NCBI GenBank assembly: GCA_030390025.1
Contig: CM059428.1
Location: forward strand, 66,774,001-66,838,000
DNA: 64,000 nucleotides
Reading direction: 5' to 3'
DNA from: Squalus acanthias
Lineage: Eukaryota
Shown here: positions 1-12,859 of the stretch, in pieces
Position numbering within the stretch: the stretch's first letter is position 1
Layout of the letters: every line of letters begins with the position of its first letter
Translations under genes and position numbers: made by a program
The notes under the pieces: generated by a model
The model's input: the letters and a program-made list of their open reading frames with translations, nothing else
The model's database searches: none
What the model was told of the DNA's origin: nothing

Positions 1-125
1 GGGGGCATAGTTTCAGGATAAAGGGTCGCCCATTTAAAACGGAGATGAGGAGGAATTTCTTCTCTCAGAGGGTCGTGAATCTTTGTAATTCTCTACCCCA
101 GAGAGTTGTGGAGGCTGAGTGAGTG
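1..125 (+). mobile_element. CR1 LINE 3' fragment (end of ORF2)
   Basis: GGGCATAG...GAGATGAGGAGGAATTTCTTCTCTCAGAGGGTCGTGAATC matches the ORF2 C-terminus (GHS..R..F.TEMRRNFFSQRVV) of the CR1 copies at 17566-17660 and 37730-37850. Confidence 0.85.
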
Positions 126-230
126 AATATATAGACAAGCTGCTGAACATCTCGCTGTGATTTTAGCTCCAAAGGCTGTCGTGAGTGTTAACAATTGCTG
201 AATATTTGGGGAAACAATTTATACACTTTA

Positions 231-2146
231 ATGAGTGCTCTGTTGGCAGTCGACTACCTGCTCTGTCGTGAATTGTCAGAGGCTTCTTAGGAGGAGAGCA
301 CTGCAGGGACAAAGGCCTGGAGATATGCAGGGACAAAGGCCTGGAGATGTGCAGAGACAAAGGCCCGGAGATACGCAGGGACAAAGGCCTGGAGATACAC
401 AGGGACAAAGGCCTGGAGATATGCAGAGACAAAGGCCCGGAGATATGCAGGGACAAAGGCCCGGAGATATGCAGGGACAAAGGCCTGGAGATATGCAGGG
501 ACAAAGGCCTGGAGATATGCAGGGACAAAGGCCTGGAGATGTGCAGGGACAAAGGCCCGGAGATACGCAGGGACAAAGGCCTGGAGATGTGCAGGGACAA
601 AGGCCTGGTGATATGCAGGGACAAAGGCCTGGAGATACGCAGGGACAAAGGCCTGGAGATACGCAGGGACAAAGGCCCGGAGATATGCAGGGACAAAGGC
701 CCGGCGATGTGCAGGGACAAAGGCCCAGAGATATGCAGGGACAAAGGCCTGGAGATATGCAGGGACAAAGGCCTGGAGATATGCAGGAAGAGAGGCCTGG
801 AGATATGCAGGGACAAAGGCCTGGAGATATGCAGGGACAAAGGCCTGGAGATATGCAGGGAGAGAGGCCTGGAGATATGCAGGGACAAAGGCCTGGAGAT
901 ATGCAGGGACAAAGGCCTGGAGATATGCAGGGACAAAGGCCTGGAGATATGCAGGGACAAAGGCCTGGAGATATGCAGGAAGAGAGGCCTGGAGATATGC
1001 AGGGAGGGAGGCAGGAGAAAGACAGCAACATGTGGCCAGAGGGAAAAGACGCAACAGAGCTGGCAACAGGAGACCTTACCCTCCCAGGGTATTGCGGCAG
1101 CAGTTCTTGTACCTCCATTTCACTGAGGAGCAGTGTCTGCGAAGGCTGCGCTTGAGCAAGGAGGTGGTAACAGAGCTCTGCCACCTCCTCCAGCCAGACC
1201 TCGAGCCTCAGACCAGGGTGAGGACGGCTCTCTCAGTGGCAGCGAAGGTGACCATTGCGCTCAACTTCTATACCAACGGTTCATTCCAATGTGCAACAGG
1301 AGTCATCTCCAACGTCTCCCAGTATGCCGTGCATCGCTCCAGCCGAGCTGTCACGGATGCCCTGTGTCGAAGGAGAAGGGAGTACATTTCCTTCCCTATG
1401 ACCAGAGAGAAGCAGCACGAGCGTGCATGCGGATTTGTCAGGATAGCGGGCTTCCCAATGGTGCAGGGCGCCATTGACTGCACCACGTCGCCTTGTGGGC
1501 ACCTCAGAACAATCCAGAGATATTCTGCAACCGGAAAGGCTACCACTCGCTGAATGTTCAGTTGGTGTGCGACCACACACGCAGATTCCTAACTGTCAAT
1601 GCCCAATATCCTGGAAGTAGCCACGATGCTTTTATTCTACGCCAGACCGATGTGCCAGATCTTTTCCAGCCACCAGATCAAGCTGGCGGGTGGCTGCTCG
1701 GTGACAAGGGCTATCCGCTCTCCACCTGGCTGTTGACTCCCCTACGCAACCCAGACACTCCTGTCCAGCAACCCAACAATGACAGTCATGCCGCCACCAG
1801 GAGTGTGATTGAGCATGCGATAGGAGTGCTGAAACAACAGATCCGCTGCCTTGACCATTCGGGAGGAGTCCTCCAGTACTCTCCTCATCGGGTCTCCCTA
1901 TTTGTTGTCGTCTGCTGCATGCTGCACAACCTCGCTATTATGAGGGCACAGCCATTGCCACCAGGCATAGATGCACCACCTCAGAAGGAGGAGGAGGACG
2001 AGGAGGAGGAGGAGCAAGAGCAGGAGGACAACATGGAGGAGGACGAGGAGGACCAGCAGCAGCAGCAACGACGGAGGAGGCATCCAGTCAATAGGGATTC
2101 TGCAAGGGCAGTCCGCGACCTTCTCATAGCAACTCGGTTGAACTGA
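231..2146 (+). pseudogene. Harbinger (HARBI1-family) DDE transposase, frameshifted
   Basis: Start MSALLAV at 231 matches MGALLAV of copy 3. Motifs CLRRLRLSK, GAIDCT, NRKGYHSLNVQLVCD, PGSSHDAFIL, LLGDKGYPL, RSVIEHAIGVLK..RCL, CCMLHN, then an acidic tail. Frameshift near 1483. Confidence 0.92.
303..1005. repeat. 24-bp minisatellite (GCAGGGACAAAGGCCTGGAGATAT), about 29 units
   Basis: Directly visible tandem array; it produces the 8-aa periodic ORFs in five frames of the ORF track. Confidence 0.97.
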
Positions 2147-2309
2147 ATGCCATCCCACTACCATGTTCCTCTGGACTTCCCCAAGACCACATCAATATGG
2201 CCTTCCACAACTAAGCCCATAAGTTACATGAAACACAACAGTAAACATTTAGCTTTCCAATTTAAATTTATGATATAACGTTTGATTGTATAATAAACAA
2301 AAAATGTAT

Positions 2310-4149
2310 TTAAGAATCACCATTGTGCATTTCCTTATATCCCCTCTTTGGCTTATCTATTCTAATGCTCCTCCGCCGTGTGTCCCCTGTGGCTGCAGCA
2401 CGGCTGGTGGAAGGCTGCTGTGTGTGAGGGCTAGAGACTTCAGATGGCCTTGCAGGACACCCTCGACCAGCTCTGGGCCTGGAAGGCACAGCTGTAGACT
2501 GCACCACCTTAGGCTGGGCGGCAGCAGTCTGGGCTGGCTGGATGATAGGCAGCGACAAGTGCAATGGCGGAGTGGCAGTGGTGGGATCAGGAATGTTGTC
2601 ATCCTGAGAGAGGACAGTAGGTTCCTGCTCCACTGACCCACTGACACTCCCCCGGGGCAGCGCCTCAGCAGCCCTAGCAATCCGTTGGCGCACAGACTTG
2701 TGGGCTGCTGGGACACCGTGAGATCCCCGGTGGACTGTGGTGGACCCAGCGACGCTGGCAGCAGTCAGAGTACATGTGGCATCCAGCTGAGACTGCATGA
2801 GAGCAGTCTGAGCTTCGATGCCACCAACCATTGTCTGCATTACAGCACTAAGACGTTGTGTCGCTTCCGCCTGTGCTGCAATGGAAGCTGCCAGATCACC
2901 CATGACACGTGTCATGAGGTCTGGATCCACACGGTCTCTCTGGGAGTCCACCATCGTCTGCAGACTGGCAATGATGGGCTCCATGGTACGCGCAGAGCTC
3001 TGTGCAATGTTGGAGGCGGACTCCTCCACGCTCCTTACCACTGCCGAGAGGCTCTTGGGCACCCTTGCCATTGCACCTATCATCTCGGAGTGCATGGCCA
3101 TCGCTCTTCTAAAGGCCTCCCCATCAAGGTCCTCATCTGAGTCCTGTGCAGCAGAACTTGCACGCAAACTCTCCCTCCGGTGCAGATCGCTTTGCTAAGC
3201 TAACCTCTAAGGAATGTGTAGTGCCAGTCTCTGAGCTGGTGCCTGTGGGTGAGAAATGCAGTGATGCAGTGCTTGGCTCCTCCTCCTTCTCCTCTTCCTT
3301 TCCTTCTCCCTTCTAAGTGTGTTGGGGGGGAATCTGGTACAGGCTCCACATCTGCTGGGAGATTATCAGAAAGCATTAATGGCACAAGACTCGTGTTAAG
3401 GTGAGGGCAGAGGGGCAGGCATGGAGCAAGGAAAGCAGACAGTATCAGGAGGTGGAAAGTGATAAATGCTTCTGCTTTGACAGGGAAATGGGATGAGAAA
3501 AGGAGAGGGGATAAAGATACCATTGTTGTCCTCAGCTGGGTCGACATCTCCGCTGGCCACAGCGCCCACCACCTGCAGGCCAATGAGCCTCAGCGCTCGC
3601 TCCTCACGGTCAGAGAGGTCTTGCAGTTGAGGTTCCCCCCTCCAGTCCACTGTTGCTCCCTCGTATTATGTGCCATCTTGGCCTGCAAAAGAAAGGAACT
3701 TGTGTGAGTGACAGGCCAGCTATGTCTGTGGAAGATATGCCTGCCGTGGTTGAATAGCTTTGAATGTAGGCAAGGCGTGAGATGAGGATGTGGGTTTGAG
3801 TAGATGCAGATGATTGGTGGTTGAGTGGTGGGGAAGTGATGGTTTGCACAGTGTGCACAGACAGAGGTTTAGAGGCTGGTATGTAGGAGGTCTGTAAGCA
3901 TGTACTCACCTTCACCACCCAACTGAGGTCATTGAATTTCTTCCGGCACTATGTAAGGGTTCAGTGTATGACAGTGCTGGCCGACACCTCCTCGGCCACT
4001 TCTCACCAGATAGCCCTGAATATCTGTAGCGATGGCCTCCTGCCAGATGAAGGGAACAATTCCCTCCTTCTCTCCACTGCCTCCACCAATGTCTCCAATC
4101 TCACATCGTTGAATCGAGTAGCCCTCTCCCTCTCCCTTGCAGTAGCCAT
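2310..4149 (-). pseudogene. Harbinger second gene: Myb/SANT-like (NAIF1/MSANTD-type) DNA-binding protein, 3 exons (~4149-3910, 3682-3521, 3366-2310)
   Basis: MATARERERATRFNDVRLETLVEAVERRR...AIW.EVAEEVSA...CRKKFNDL trihelix-like signature. Donors AAG|GTGAGT (3910) and ATG|GTATC (3521), acceptor TTTTGCAG (3683). In-frame stops; the last acceptor is mutated to CTG. Confidence 0.85.
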
Positions 4150-4994
4150 GGCACAAGCCTGTCTCAGTCGCTGAGAGGTTGCACTCAAGAGCAGCAATGC
4201 TGATAATGAGCAGCTGCAGCTTAAAATGACCTCCCCTTTAAGAGCTGGAATAAGCTAGAGTCAAGGCTTGAAGGCAAGTCAGCTGAAATTGGGTAGCGCT
4301 CTGGCAATAGCGCCCCTGCAGCGCTCCACTGAGACCATTAACGCCTCATTTACTGTCCCGCTTCACTGCTGGGGCGAAAACGCCCCATTGTGCAACATTT
4401 TTCAACGGATTTCGCCGGGCACTAACTTTTCAAAAAGTTAAAAGTTAGCGGCCCCGTTTCCAAATTTCACGCCCCATAAATCTTACTGTTAAGGTGGATG
4501 CAAATGAGCAGCGCACTGTGTCAAGATAGCATCACCCCAGGAAAGAAGGGGCAAGATGACAGCCAGCAAGAAGCTGAGGAACCTGAAAACAATGATGAGG
4601 AGTCCATCAACACCAATATTTGGTGTGTGGCGTGCAAAGAAGTATTTAGTATGTGTGAAGGATTGCAGACTTCTCAATCAGAGCCATATGAAAGAAATGA
4701 AAGGAGAAGCTAAATATTTGGATAAGCTACAAGTGCGAAACAAACAAGTGGCACATTTGAAAAAATCTACACTTATGTGAATATTTTTTGAAATAAATGA
4801 AGGATCTGTTTACTATTTGTGGAACCTTGCTGGTTGTGGTGTTTGTCTCCATAATAGAAACTGCCTTCAAAAGTAAACCATTGGCTGCAAAGTGCTTTGG
4901 GACATGCTGAGGATATGATAAGATGCTAAATAAAAGCAAGTTCTCACCCATGGACTACCCATGCCTCATATTTTTGTTTCCAATGTACGCTGGC

Positions 4995-5166
4995 TCCCAG
5001 TTTCTGTGGGGGTTCTTTCAATATCCTGCCATAACTTCAGTGGGAGATCAGTGAAACCCCTGGGGAAACGCTGTAAACGCTATGTATTCCATTTCTCCAG
5101 AGGTTCCGCTAATTTCCCACCAAAGTTACGACTGGGGATCGGGACAATCCATGGAAATTCAGGGCC
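4995..5166. mobile_element. ~170-bp palindromic MITE (family A; TIR ~GGCCCTGAATTTCC)
   Basis: Internal inverted motifs ATAACTTCAGTGGGA / TCCCACCAAAGTTAC and end GGAAATTCAGGGCC. Similar copies near 13150, 28452, 32715 and 48000. Confidence 0.6.
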
Positions 5167-5169
5167 GCT

Positions 5170-7130
5170 ATCTTGCATTTTATCCATATTGAATTTATGT
5201 TGGTATTGGTGTCATCTACAAATTCCTTACACTGGGTCTGCAAATCCAAGTCATTTATGTATAGCAGGAACAGTAGACTCCTGGGGCATGCCATTAATAA
5301 CTCCTTCCCATTTTCTCCATTTTGAAAAAAGTACTCTTTCGACTAACCTCCCTTTAGCCTAGACAACGCCCCTTTTGCCAGATACTCATCTACATCTTAC
5401 ACTTGATACTCACTGACCTTGATTTGTAAAAGGATTCCTCACTTCATCAAAGATCTTTTGGAAGTCGAGCTACACTATGTCATACCATAGAATCATAGAA
5501 TGTACAGTGCAGAAACAGGCCATTTGGTTCATCAAGTTGGCACCAGTGTTTTTCTTCATTGAGCCACGAATCTAATCCCACTATACTGCTTGCTCTCTAT
5601 AAATATTCCTTTTCTCAAGCAACTATCTAATTCCATTTTTAAAGAATTTATGAACTATGCTTCATTATCAGAGAATTCCACAGAGCAACCATCCACTGTT
5701 TAAGGATTTTTTTCTAACTTTCCATTTAACTCTTTTTATTATTATCTTGAACTTGTGCCCTCTCGTTACTCTCTTTCCAATCAGTGGAGAAGGTCTATCA
5801 CTATTTACCTTACCATAGTCCTTCATAATTTTGTAGATCTCCATTAGGTCACCATAACCTTCTCAGCTCCAGTCAAACATGTCCTGACTTGTCAAGTCTC
5901 TTTTCATAACTATAACTCCTCATTCCTGGGATTTTCTAGTGAATGTGGGGAAAACTTTAACTTTTATCGGCGAATGAAAAACGGGTGATAGCGATTCAGC
6001 AGGTCGTTTTACACACCACACGATTTTCTTTTACAATCGCGCGGGGTGGAAAATGGGCTGCTGATTCGCTATCAGCCATTTTTTCCCAGCGATAAAAGTT
6101 AAAATGACCCCCTAAATGCTTTTGTAACCTTCCTATAACGAAGTTACAGCCAGCCACCCGCTCCAGCAGCGAGGAGGCAAGCTGCAGACATCAAGCATGC
6201 GTCCTGAGGCAGCTTGCATGGACCACAGGAATGTTGGCTGGCTGGGAGGCCGGTGGCAGCTGCAGGTAGGTGCTGTGAGAGAGGGGAGGGGTAAAGCAAG
6301 GCTGAGGGAGGCGAGCCTGGGCTAACAGCCTGGAGGAGCACTCCTACTCCCACCAAGCTCAGTCATCATACTCCTGAGATTTACCCCTCTAAATTTGTAT
6401 ACTAGGGTTTGGTTATGTATCTGTGTTGTTTTCCAAGTCAGATTGAATGTTATCACGCTATGGTCACAATCAGCTAGGAGTTCAATTACTTCTTCTCACT
6501 GAATAGGTTCTGGGATTGCCCACAAGAACCAAGTCCAGGAGAACATTACTTCTCACGGGCTCCCTAACACACCAAGCCAGGTTATTGTCAGGCACTACAT
6601 TGATGATTTCAGTGTCATTTACACTTGGGCATTCCCAATTTATGTTGGACTGATTGAAGTACCCCATTAGTACTAATTTATTTTCCTTGCTCGCACTTCT
6701 AATTTCATCATAAAGTGATGAGTTCGCCTCCTTCTGGCCTGGTAGTCTGTAGGAACCCCCAGATGTTGTTGTGGTCCTTGTCTCATTACACACACTTGGA
6801 GAATTCCATACTGCACTTTTTCTGTGATGGTTGCTTGGCTACCTTAACCTCCCATATCCTTGACATATAAGGCAAGACTTCCCCTTTACTGCCTCTCCAT
6901 TCTTCCTGAATGTTATGTGCATTTAAATACTTTACATGACTGTAAGAAATTTCTCTGTATGCATTTATAATGGAGATCTTAAACCTATCTTGATCACTTT
7001 CATTATCCTTTCTTTTTTATGCATTGACCTAACTCCACCCTGTCGTGCCCCAAATCATCTCGTTTATTCTGAGATTGCTCAATTATCACTGAGTTACGGA
7101 TGACTTTTATTTAAATTTTTGCTGCAGGAA
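5170..7130 (-). mobile_element. Old, fragmented CR1 LINE pieces (RT, 3' tail, endonuclease)
   Basis: YINDLD...FVDDT (5109-5294 ORF); CATAGAATCATAGAAT tail near 5505; LVLMGYFNQSNINWE...VREPVRSNVLLDLVL APE motifs (6482-6793). Confidence 0.7.
5947..6112. mobile_element. ~165-bp hairpin MITE (family B) inserted in a CR1 fragment
   Basis: TTTAACTTTTATCG...GATAGCGATTCAGCAG mirrored by CTGCTGATTCGCTATC...CGATAAAAGTTAAA, with GGGG/CCCC ends. Confidence 0.75.
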
Positions 7131-10100
7131 GTTCAGACTGCCTAACACATTTTACTTACAACCTTTAACAGCTGGAAGAGAGAGGGAATTTTTATCCCGT
7201 CAGTCTGGGTCGGCCAGTGCAAGTCTTCCTATGCTCCCAGCAGCCACCAGGGTCAGACTCATGAGTCACAGCTGCTACTGTCTGCACCCTGTTGTTAATT
7301 GCAATTGACCCCCTCCCCAACCCCCCCACCCCCGCCATGCTGAAAGCATAATATTTTAACCCACTGTGCTACCAAGTCTCAATTTTCCTGTGACTTTCAT
7401 TGCTACAACTCCAGGTATAGGCGTCCCTTTTTCCTGACATACATGGAATCAATTTACAATTTGCACACATGGCTTTTCTTCTTCAATTTTCCTACCCCTT
7501 AATCAAAGAATGGGGTCGTGATATAAAAAAAGCAGATTACTATACTTTGATTTTATGATTGCATGAAACATAAAATCAAAGGATACTGAAATACATCTGC
7601 TCAGGGCAATTCAATAGAATATTTTACTCGGTACATGCCTGCTGATACGGGCTGCTACAAGTGCAATTCAAATCAATTGTAAAGTAATACATGTTGTAAG
7701 TGTTTGGATCAGATCAGCAGTGGCCTTGTGCTGGATTTATTCATGTGACTCCTTTGTTTTCAGTGCAGTTCAGGATTATGTTGTAGAACAAGAGCTTGAC
7801 TCAAACCCTCCTCCCCAGCTAAATTCAAGTGTGTTTCCAATGGAGCTGATTTCAACCTGGAGATGTGGTGGGAGCAAGCGTTGCTCCACTGGGACTTAAA
7901 ATTATGTTGATTTTCATTAAGAGAGTTTGATTTAATTAAGATTTACTAAAACATTACTAGTCTGAAGCTGCAGCTGTACAAATATATGAGTAATATCCAG
8001 CTTTCCTTTTCATACCTCCAACAGATTGTGAATTTTCAATGACTTTCAAAGGATAAAGAGAATCTATTCTGTGTACTTTCTGTTACAACTGTACTTGTTC
8101 GAAAACATGCAAAAATGTAGCACTTGTATCAGTTCTCTGCTAAGCTACTCAATGTTTCGATTGCAACCAACTGCACTTTTTGGAATGGGAGGTCAATATC
8201 TGATAATAATTTTAATAGAATAAAATATCTTCTGAATTGTAATCCCTGTAGATGATTCTGATGGATGGCTGTTGAGACTGGCCAATCAATCTGCTGCACT
8301 ATCCATCAACGGTGACAGACAATGGCAAACGAGAGCAGTTTGCATCAATAGGACACCCTCTACAAGGTGTTTGAGCTTCATTTTTCTTGACGAAGACAAA
8401 ACTCAGTGACAGGCCAAAGCCCAGCCATTAATCAAGTCACTCAGTAGAATCAGTGTCCTATCCCCACAACAATAAACAAGTTACCCCCTCCTCCTTTATT
8501 GGACAGCTGGTGTTTGTACCTTTCTTACAGATGCTACATGAGCCTCATTTTATTTAGACAGCCAATGTCTGCCTTATGTGACACTTCTACTTAATTCTGC
8601 ATGATTTGATTGAAGACGACATGTACAATGTTTACAGAAATGGGTTGATCCAAATATATTGTCCAAATATTGCCCATATTCACTGTGCTATTTAGTCCCC
8701 TCTGGCTGCACAATGCCTTAAAGTCAAAGCATCCCTTCTTACTGACTGTACCATGAAAAAACATACTATTAAAGCTATAAGTTTTCCTTTGCAGTTTCAA
8801 AATTTGCCCATGTATAATGTAAAATCATTTGAAACAATTTATTTACATTTATAGGAACAGAAACAAAACAGAATATGCTGGAAGTAGACATGGTGTAGAG
8901 TTTTGCTTTACTATTAATGTTTAACAGAAACCGTAGGCCTGCAGAAACAGATTGTTCTGCATTAAATGCCAACTATAGCTGACATTGGAAGCTCCATTAG
9001 CTGATGGCATGAGTGTGATTAAAATAACCATTAAGAAACATGGTACAACCTCCAACATGTAGTATTCGCTTTTATCGCCGATTCCAGGAACATTTTACCT
9101 AACGGAGGTGTTTAATCAAAGACAAACAAAATAAGGTTTTAAAGTCCCTTACAAGTAGGACAATGCCACTTGACAATTACAGAGCACCAGATGCCAAATT
9201 GAAGAATTACTGGCACTTCCGTAGCACAAGGGCAGCTCCGCAGGGGCTGTCAGCCTCAGGAACATTGACAGTCTCCCTTGTGCTTCCTCACAGCCGTCAT
9301 CCTTAGTGTGGGATTACTTTTATCTTGTGGACACAGGAGCTGCTTCTAATCACATTACATCTCAGCACCGAGGGTCAAACGCAAGCCCAATGCTGCCGAG
9401 AAAGACCTGGACAAACTGTCACCTTCACTAGACAGATAAGCTGTTGGCAGGAGATGGTGAACTAGAGCAAACAGCCAGCCATCAGCAAACACCATAAATA
9501 TGTCAAAATGCCAGCGGGAAGATGAGGCTTTGCACACATCCACAGTCCTATGTTTAATGAACTGTCAAGGCTTCGCGTGGTATTCATTTTCTAAAGCATG
9601 TGAATAGGCATCATTAAGAATCTTTTAATGTCTTTCCCATTTTCAATAATGTAGCTTAGGGCTACTTCCACACATTTGCTATCCAATATATTGCCTTATC
9701 TTTAAAGCTACTAAACCCCATCAACTGTTTTATGAGATTTTAAGATTGACTTAGAAAATAAATTCGCTAAGGAACCAAAGAATGCGATCATCTTGAATTC
9801 AGTTTTCAATATTATACATATTTTTGATGCAGATCGATAATTTTTGCTCTAGTCTTTCTTTACAAAGTATAGTGACGTTGCCCACGAGGTTCTAGCTGCT
9901 CCCAATCAGAGTACTAGTGTCAGGATACTTTGTAAACTAAAGTGAGAGCATGAGTTAGCAATCTCCATTACAGAGGAGCTTAAATGTCAAGAGGTTGCTT
10001 AGATAGATTTTTGGTAAGTAAATTGCCATATAATGCAATTTATGAAGAACTGCAGCTTTAAGATGATGCATCTTTACTGGTGGTGCCATGGTAATTTTGT

Positions 10101-10207
10101 TCAATTTGTTTACAAACTCTTGTTTGCCTGTTGTTAAGATGGTATAATTCAGCACAATAACCACTTTAACAGCACCTCCTGTTGGCAATTACAAAATTCA
10201 GGAAGAA

Positions 10208-10633
10208 GGGCAACACGGTGGCATAGTGGTTAGCACTGGTGCCTCACAGCGCCAGAGACCCGGGTTCGAATCTAGCCTCGGGTGACTGTCTGTGTGGAGT
10301 TTGCACATTCTCCCCGTGTCTGCGTGGGTTTCCTCCGGGTGCTCCGGTTTCCTCCCACAGTCCAAAAATGTGCGGGTTAGGTTGATTTGGCTATGATAAA
10401 TTGACCCTTAGTGTTAGGGGGGGATTAAATATGTGGGGTTACAGGGATAGGATGGGATATGTTAGGGGGAATTAAATACGTGGGGTTACGGGGGTAGGGT
10501 GGGATATGTGTACTGTGGGGATTAAAGCAGGGACAGGGTACTGGATTTGGATGATCAGCCATGATCGTATTGAATGGTGGAGCAGGCTCGATGGGCCGAA
10601 TGGCCTACTCCTGCTCCATGTTTCTATGTTTCT
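10208..10633 (+). mobile_element. tRNA-derived V-SINE (HE1-like) with CR1-derived 3' tail
   Basis: A box TGGCATAGTGG, B box GGTTCGAATC, V-domain TGTGTGGAGTTTGCACATTCTCCCCGTGTCTGCGTGGGTTTCCTCCGGGTGCTCCGGTTTCCTCCC. Tail GGCCGAATGGCCTACTCCTGCTCC is shared with the CR1 tails in this window. Confidence 0.92.
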
Positions 10634-10834
10634 AAGTCTGCAGTTGAAACAATATGCTACCAGGAGAACAGGATTGCCAATTTTGTCTGTTAATTCCCTC
10701 TCTTTGACCTCACTTTACCTTTGTTGCATTCTTGTTATTTATTTCCATAGACTCTCCAGATTTCAACATTGCATCTTCAGTACCTAGAAGGTATATTTAC
10801 CATAGTCAACAGTTGCAGTGGGGTGTCAGTTTGT

Positions 10835-11165
10835 TCCATTTAATGGTTCAGTTGGTACTACACTTACCTCTGAGTCCAAAGGGTGTGGGTTCAATCCCTG
10901 CTCCAGGATTTGAGCACATAATCAAGGCTGACACTTCAGTGTAATACTGAGGGAGTGCTGTCTTTCGGGCTAGACATTTACCTGCCTGCTCAGGGTAAAA
11001 GTTCCCATGGTATTATTTGAAGATGAGCAGAGAGTTCTTCCAGTGTTCTGGTCAAAATTCCTTCCTTGAACGACACCACCACAAAACAAATCATCTGGTC
11101 ATTCATCCTGATGGGAACTTGCTGTGCAAAAAACTGTCTGCCTTGTCTGCCTACATAGCAATTGT
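10835..11165 (+). mobile_element. tRNA-derived DeuSINE-type SINE (SacSINE1-like), 3' end interrupted
   Basis: A/B-box-like TGGTTCAGTTGG and GGTTCAATCCC. Body GCTGACACTTCAGTGTAATACTGAGGGAGTGCTG...TATTTGAAGATGAGCAG is shared with the copy at 55940-56310. Confidence 0.7.
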
Positions 11166-11841
11166 AGCCTGAAATCCCGGGGCCCAGGAGGGTGCTTCTT
11201 AAATGTAAGCCAGATGGGAAGGTGCAGAATTTTGGGCATAGTTCGGTCACCAATCCCTTTTCTTCATGATGCGAAATTCTAAGGGAAGTGGGGCTCGTGC
11301 TTTCTTGTGACCACCCTCATATGCTAATGTCAGAAGAAGAGATGGAACAGAACTGGCGGGATGACATTACCTGCTACGAATCCTGCCACTCCACCTTCTT
11401 TGTGCCCCCGTTGAAAGTACATCTGCCTGACACAGGTATACTTATGTGTCAGTATAACATCCTGGCAGAAGTTGGTTTCCTAATGGCAAGTGCAAGATGG
11501 ATCAGTATCAAACAAAAATGAATTGCTGATCTTTGGCAGAATGACCCACACTCTTCAATGGAATGGCAAGGTGCTTCTCCAAAATTTCTGGCTCTCCGTG
11601 GAGTAGATGCCCAGGGACTACCAGGAATGGTGCAGGTGATGCAAATGACACCATTCACAGGAGTTGGGCTGGCAACAGTCCTGCTTTGCTGCACTTCTGG
11701 CAGTGGAATGGGGCTCCACGAATTTCAGGCCAACTCTCCACTGGGTGGAATCCTGGCAGATCCGGTTTCCGCCTCATCTTCCAGCCCCCCTCTAACTGTT
11801 ATGCTGCAGGTGTACCCTGGGCCAGGGCAGAACTTCAGGCC
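11166..11841. mobile_element. Degenerate Harbinger-type MITE
   Basis: Ends AGCCTGAAATCCCG / CAGAACTTCAGGCC form an imperfect inverted pair; it interrupts the SINE. No clean TSD. Confidence 0.45.
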
Positions 11842-12859
11842 CAGCCACGTATAAACCACAGGCCACAAGCCACCTTTCTGAATCAACCAGGTAGACAGGT
11901 ATCAGCTAAATTAGCCAGTAAGGGCCTGTCTGTATAAAGATTTTTAATGTGTCGTTTTCAGAGCTCCACTGCTCAGGCTAAGGTATTCTTAGTGCAAATT
12001 GAGATTTTTACAGCTCTGGCACTTTCCAAATTCCTGCTGTGGTGGAACAACACTAAATCTGTCATCCGAGTCCCAGTGTGGAATAAGTTGCTTTGGTTAA
12101 GAGAGTGATTCATTGTGTCTTGTTTTAGAGCAGTCACGTGAAGGACAAATGGTTGTACACATGTGGCTCGCAGAGCATATGCCCACAATGATATTACAGC
12201 AATCAGAAGATCTTCAACTCTATGAATATGTCAGCAGTTTGAGGTGTCAAAGGTACAGGCCCCAGTGAAGTTGCTAATTTCCCTGGGTCTTCTCATGACT
12301 CATATTCCAGCCAATTCTCCAATGGCACAAAGGTTTAATGTTCACACCATTATTCACACCTGTCAATTTTGCTCTTGGAATATTGATTTGATAAACAAGA
12401 ATAAGCCATTTTTGATTTATATATCAATGGTATAACATTGATAACAGAATAATTACATAATTGACTTAATATTCACCACCTGGGATATATTATTATATCG
12501 GTTTGATCATCAAATTTTATTGGTGTTATTCCACCAAGGCTTTTCAGATTTTATTTATAAAACAATTATTGTTAGAATTACTGTAGTCAGCGGCAAATGA
12601 ACTGTGTGGTGTAGAGCTGAGCCATGCAGACCAGAAAGGTCCCAGGGTAAACTTTGTGTCATGCAGTGTAAGCTGAACATAGCTGAGGCAGCAGTGAGGG
12701 TGCTATAATTGGTCATTTGTAAAGCATTTGCTTTGTTCTTAGAGTTGAAGGGCTTCAATTTATGTAGGCTTCTTCGTGTCTCCTGCTATAACTTCGACAG
12801 GTGATTGGAGGAACCTTCAGAGAAATGGTATAAAACCATCTTCTGGTTGAGAAACTAAA

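Larger units (their letters stand above)
130..4475 (+). mobile_element. PIF/Harbinger DNA transposon copy 1 (left end missing); convergent transposase and Myb/SANT gene
   Basis: Transposase on + and Myb-like gene on -, tail to tail. Right terminus CCAAATTTCACGCCCC (4460-4475) resembles the GG..GAAATTGG TIRs of the other copies. No left TIR visible. Confidence 0.85.

Noticed and set aside
163-1184. Five overlapping 259-306-aa ORFs (ISPGLCPC, QGQRPGDM etc.) as repeat proteins
   Set aside because: Artefacts of a stop-poor 24-bp minisatellite.
231-4149. Domesticated HARBI1/NAIF1 host genes
   Set aside because: Multiple copies with TIRs, frameshifts and stops show these are transposon copies.
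4498-4713. Short acidic ORF with a CxxC motif (WCVACKEVF)
   Set aside because: Too short, with no further motif or splice support.
10208-10285. tRNA gene
   Set aside because: The A/B boxes continue into a V-domain and LINE tail, so it is a SINE head; the same applies to 19040-19140 and the A-box remnant near 7370.
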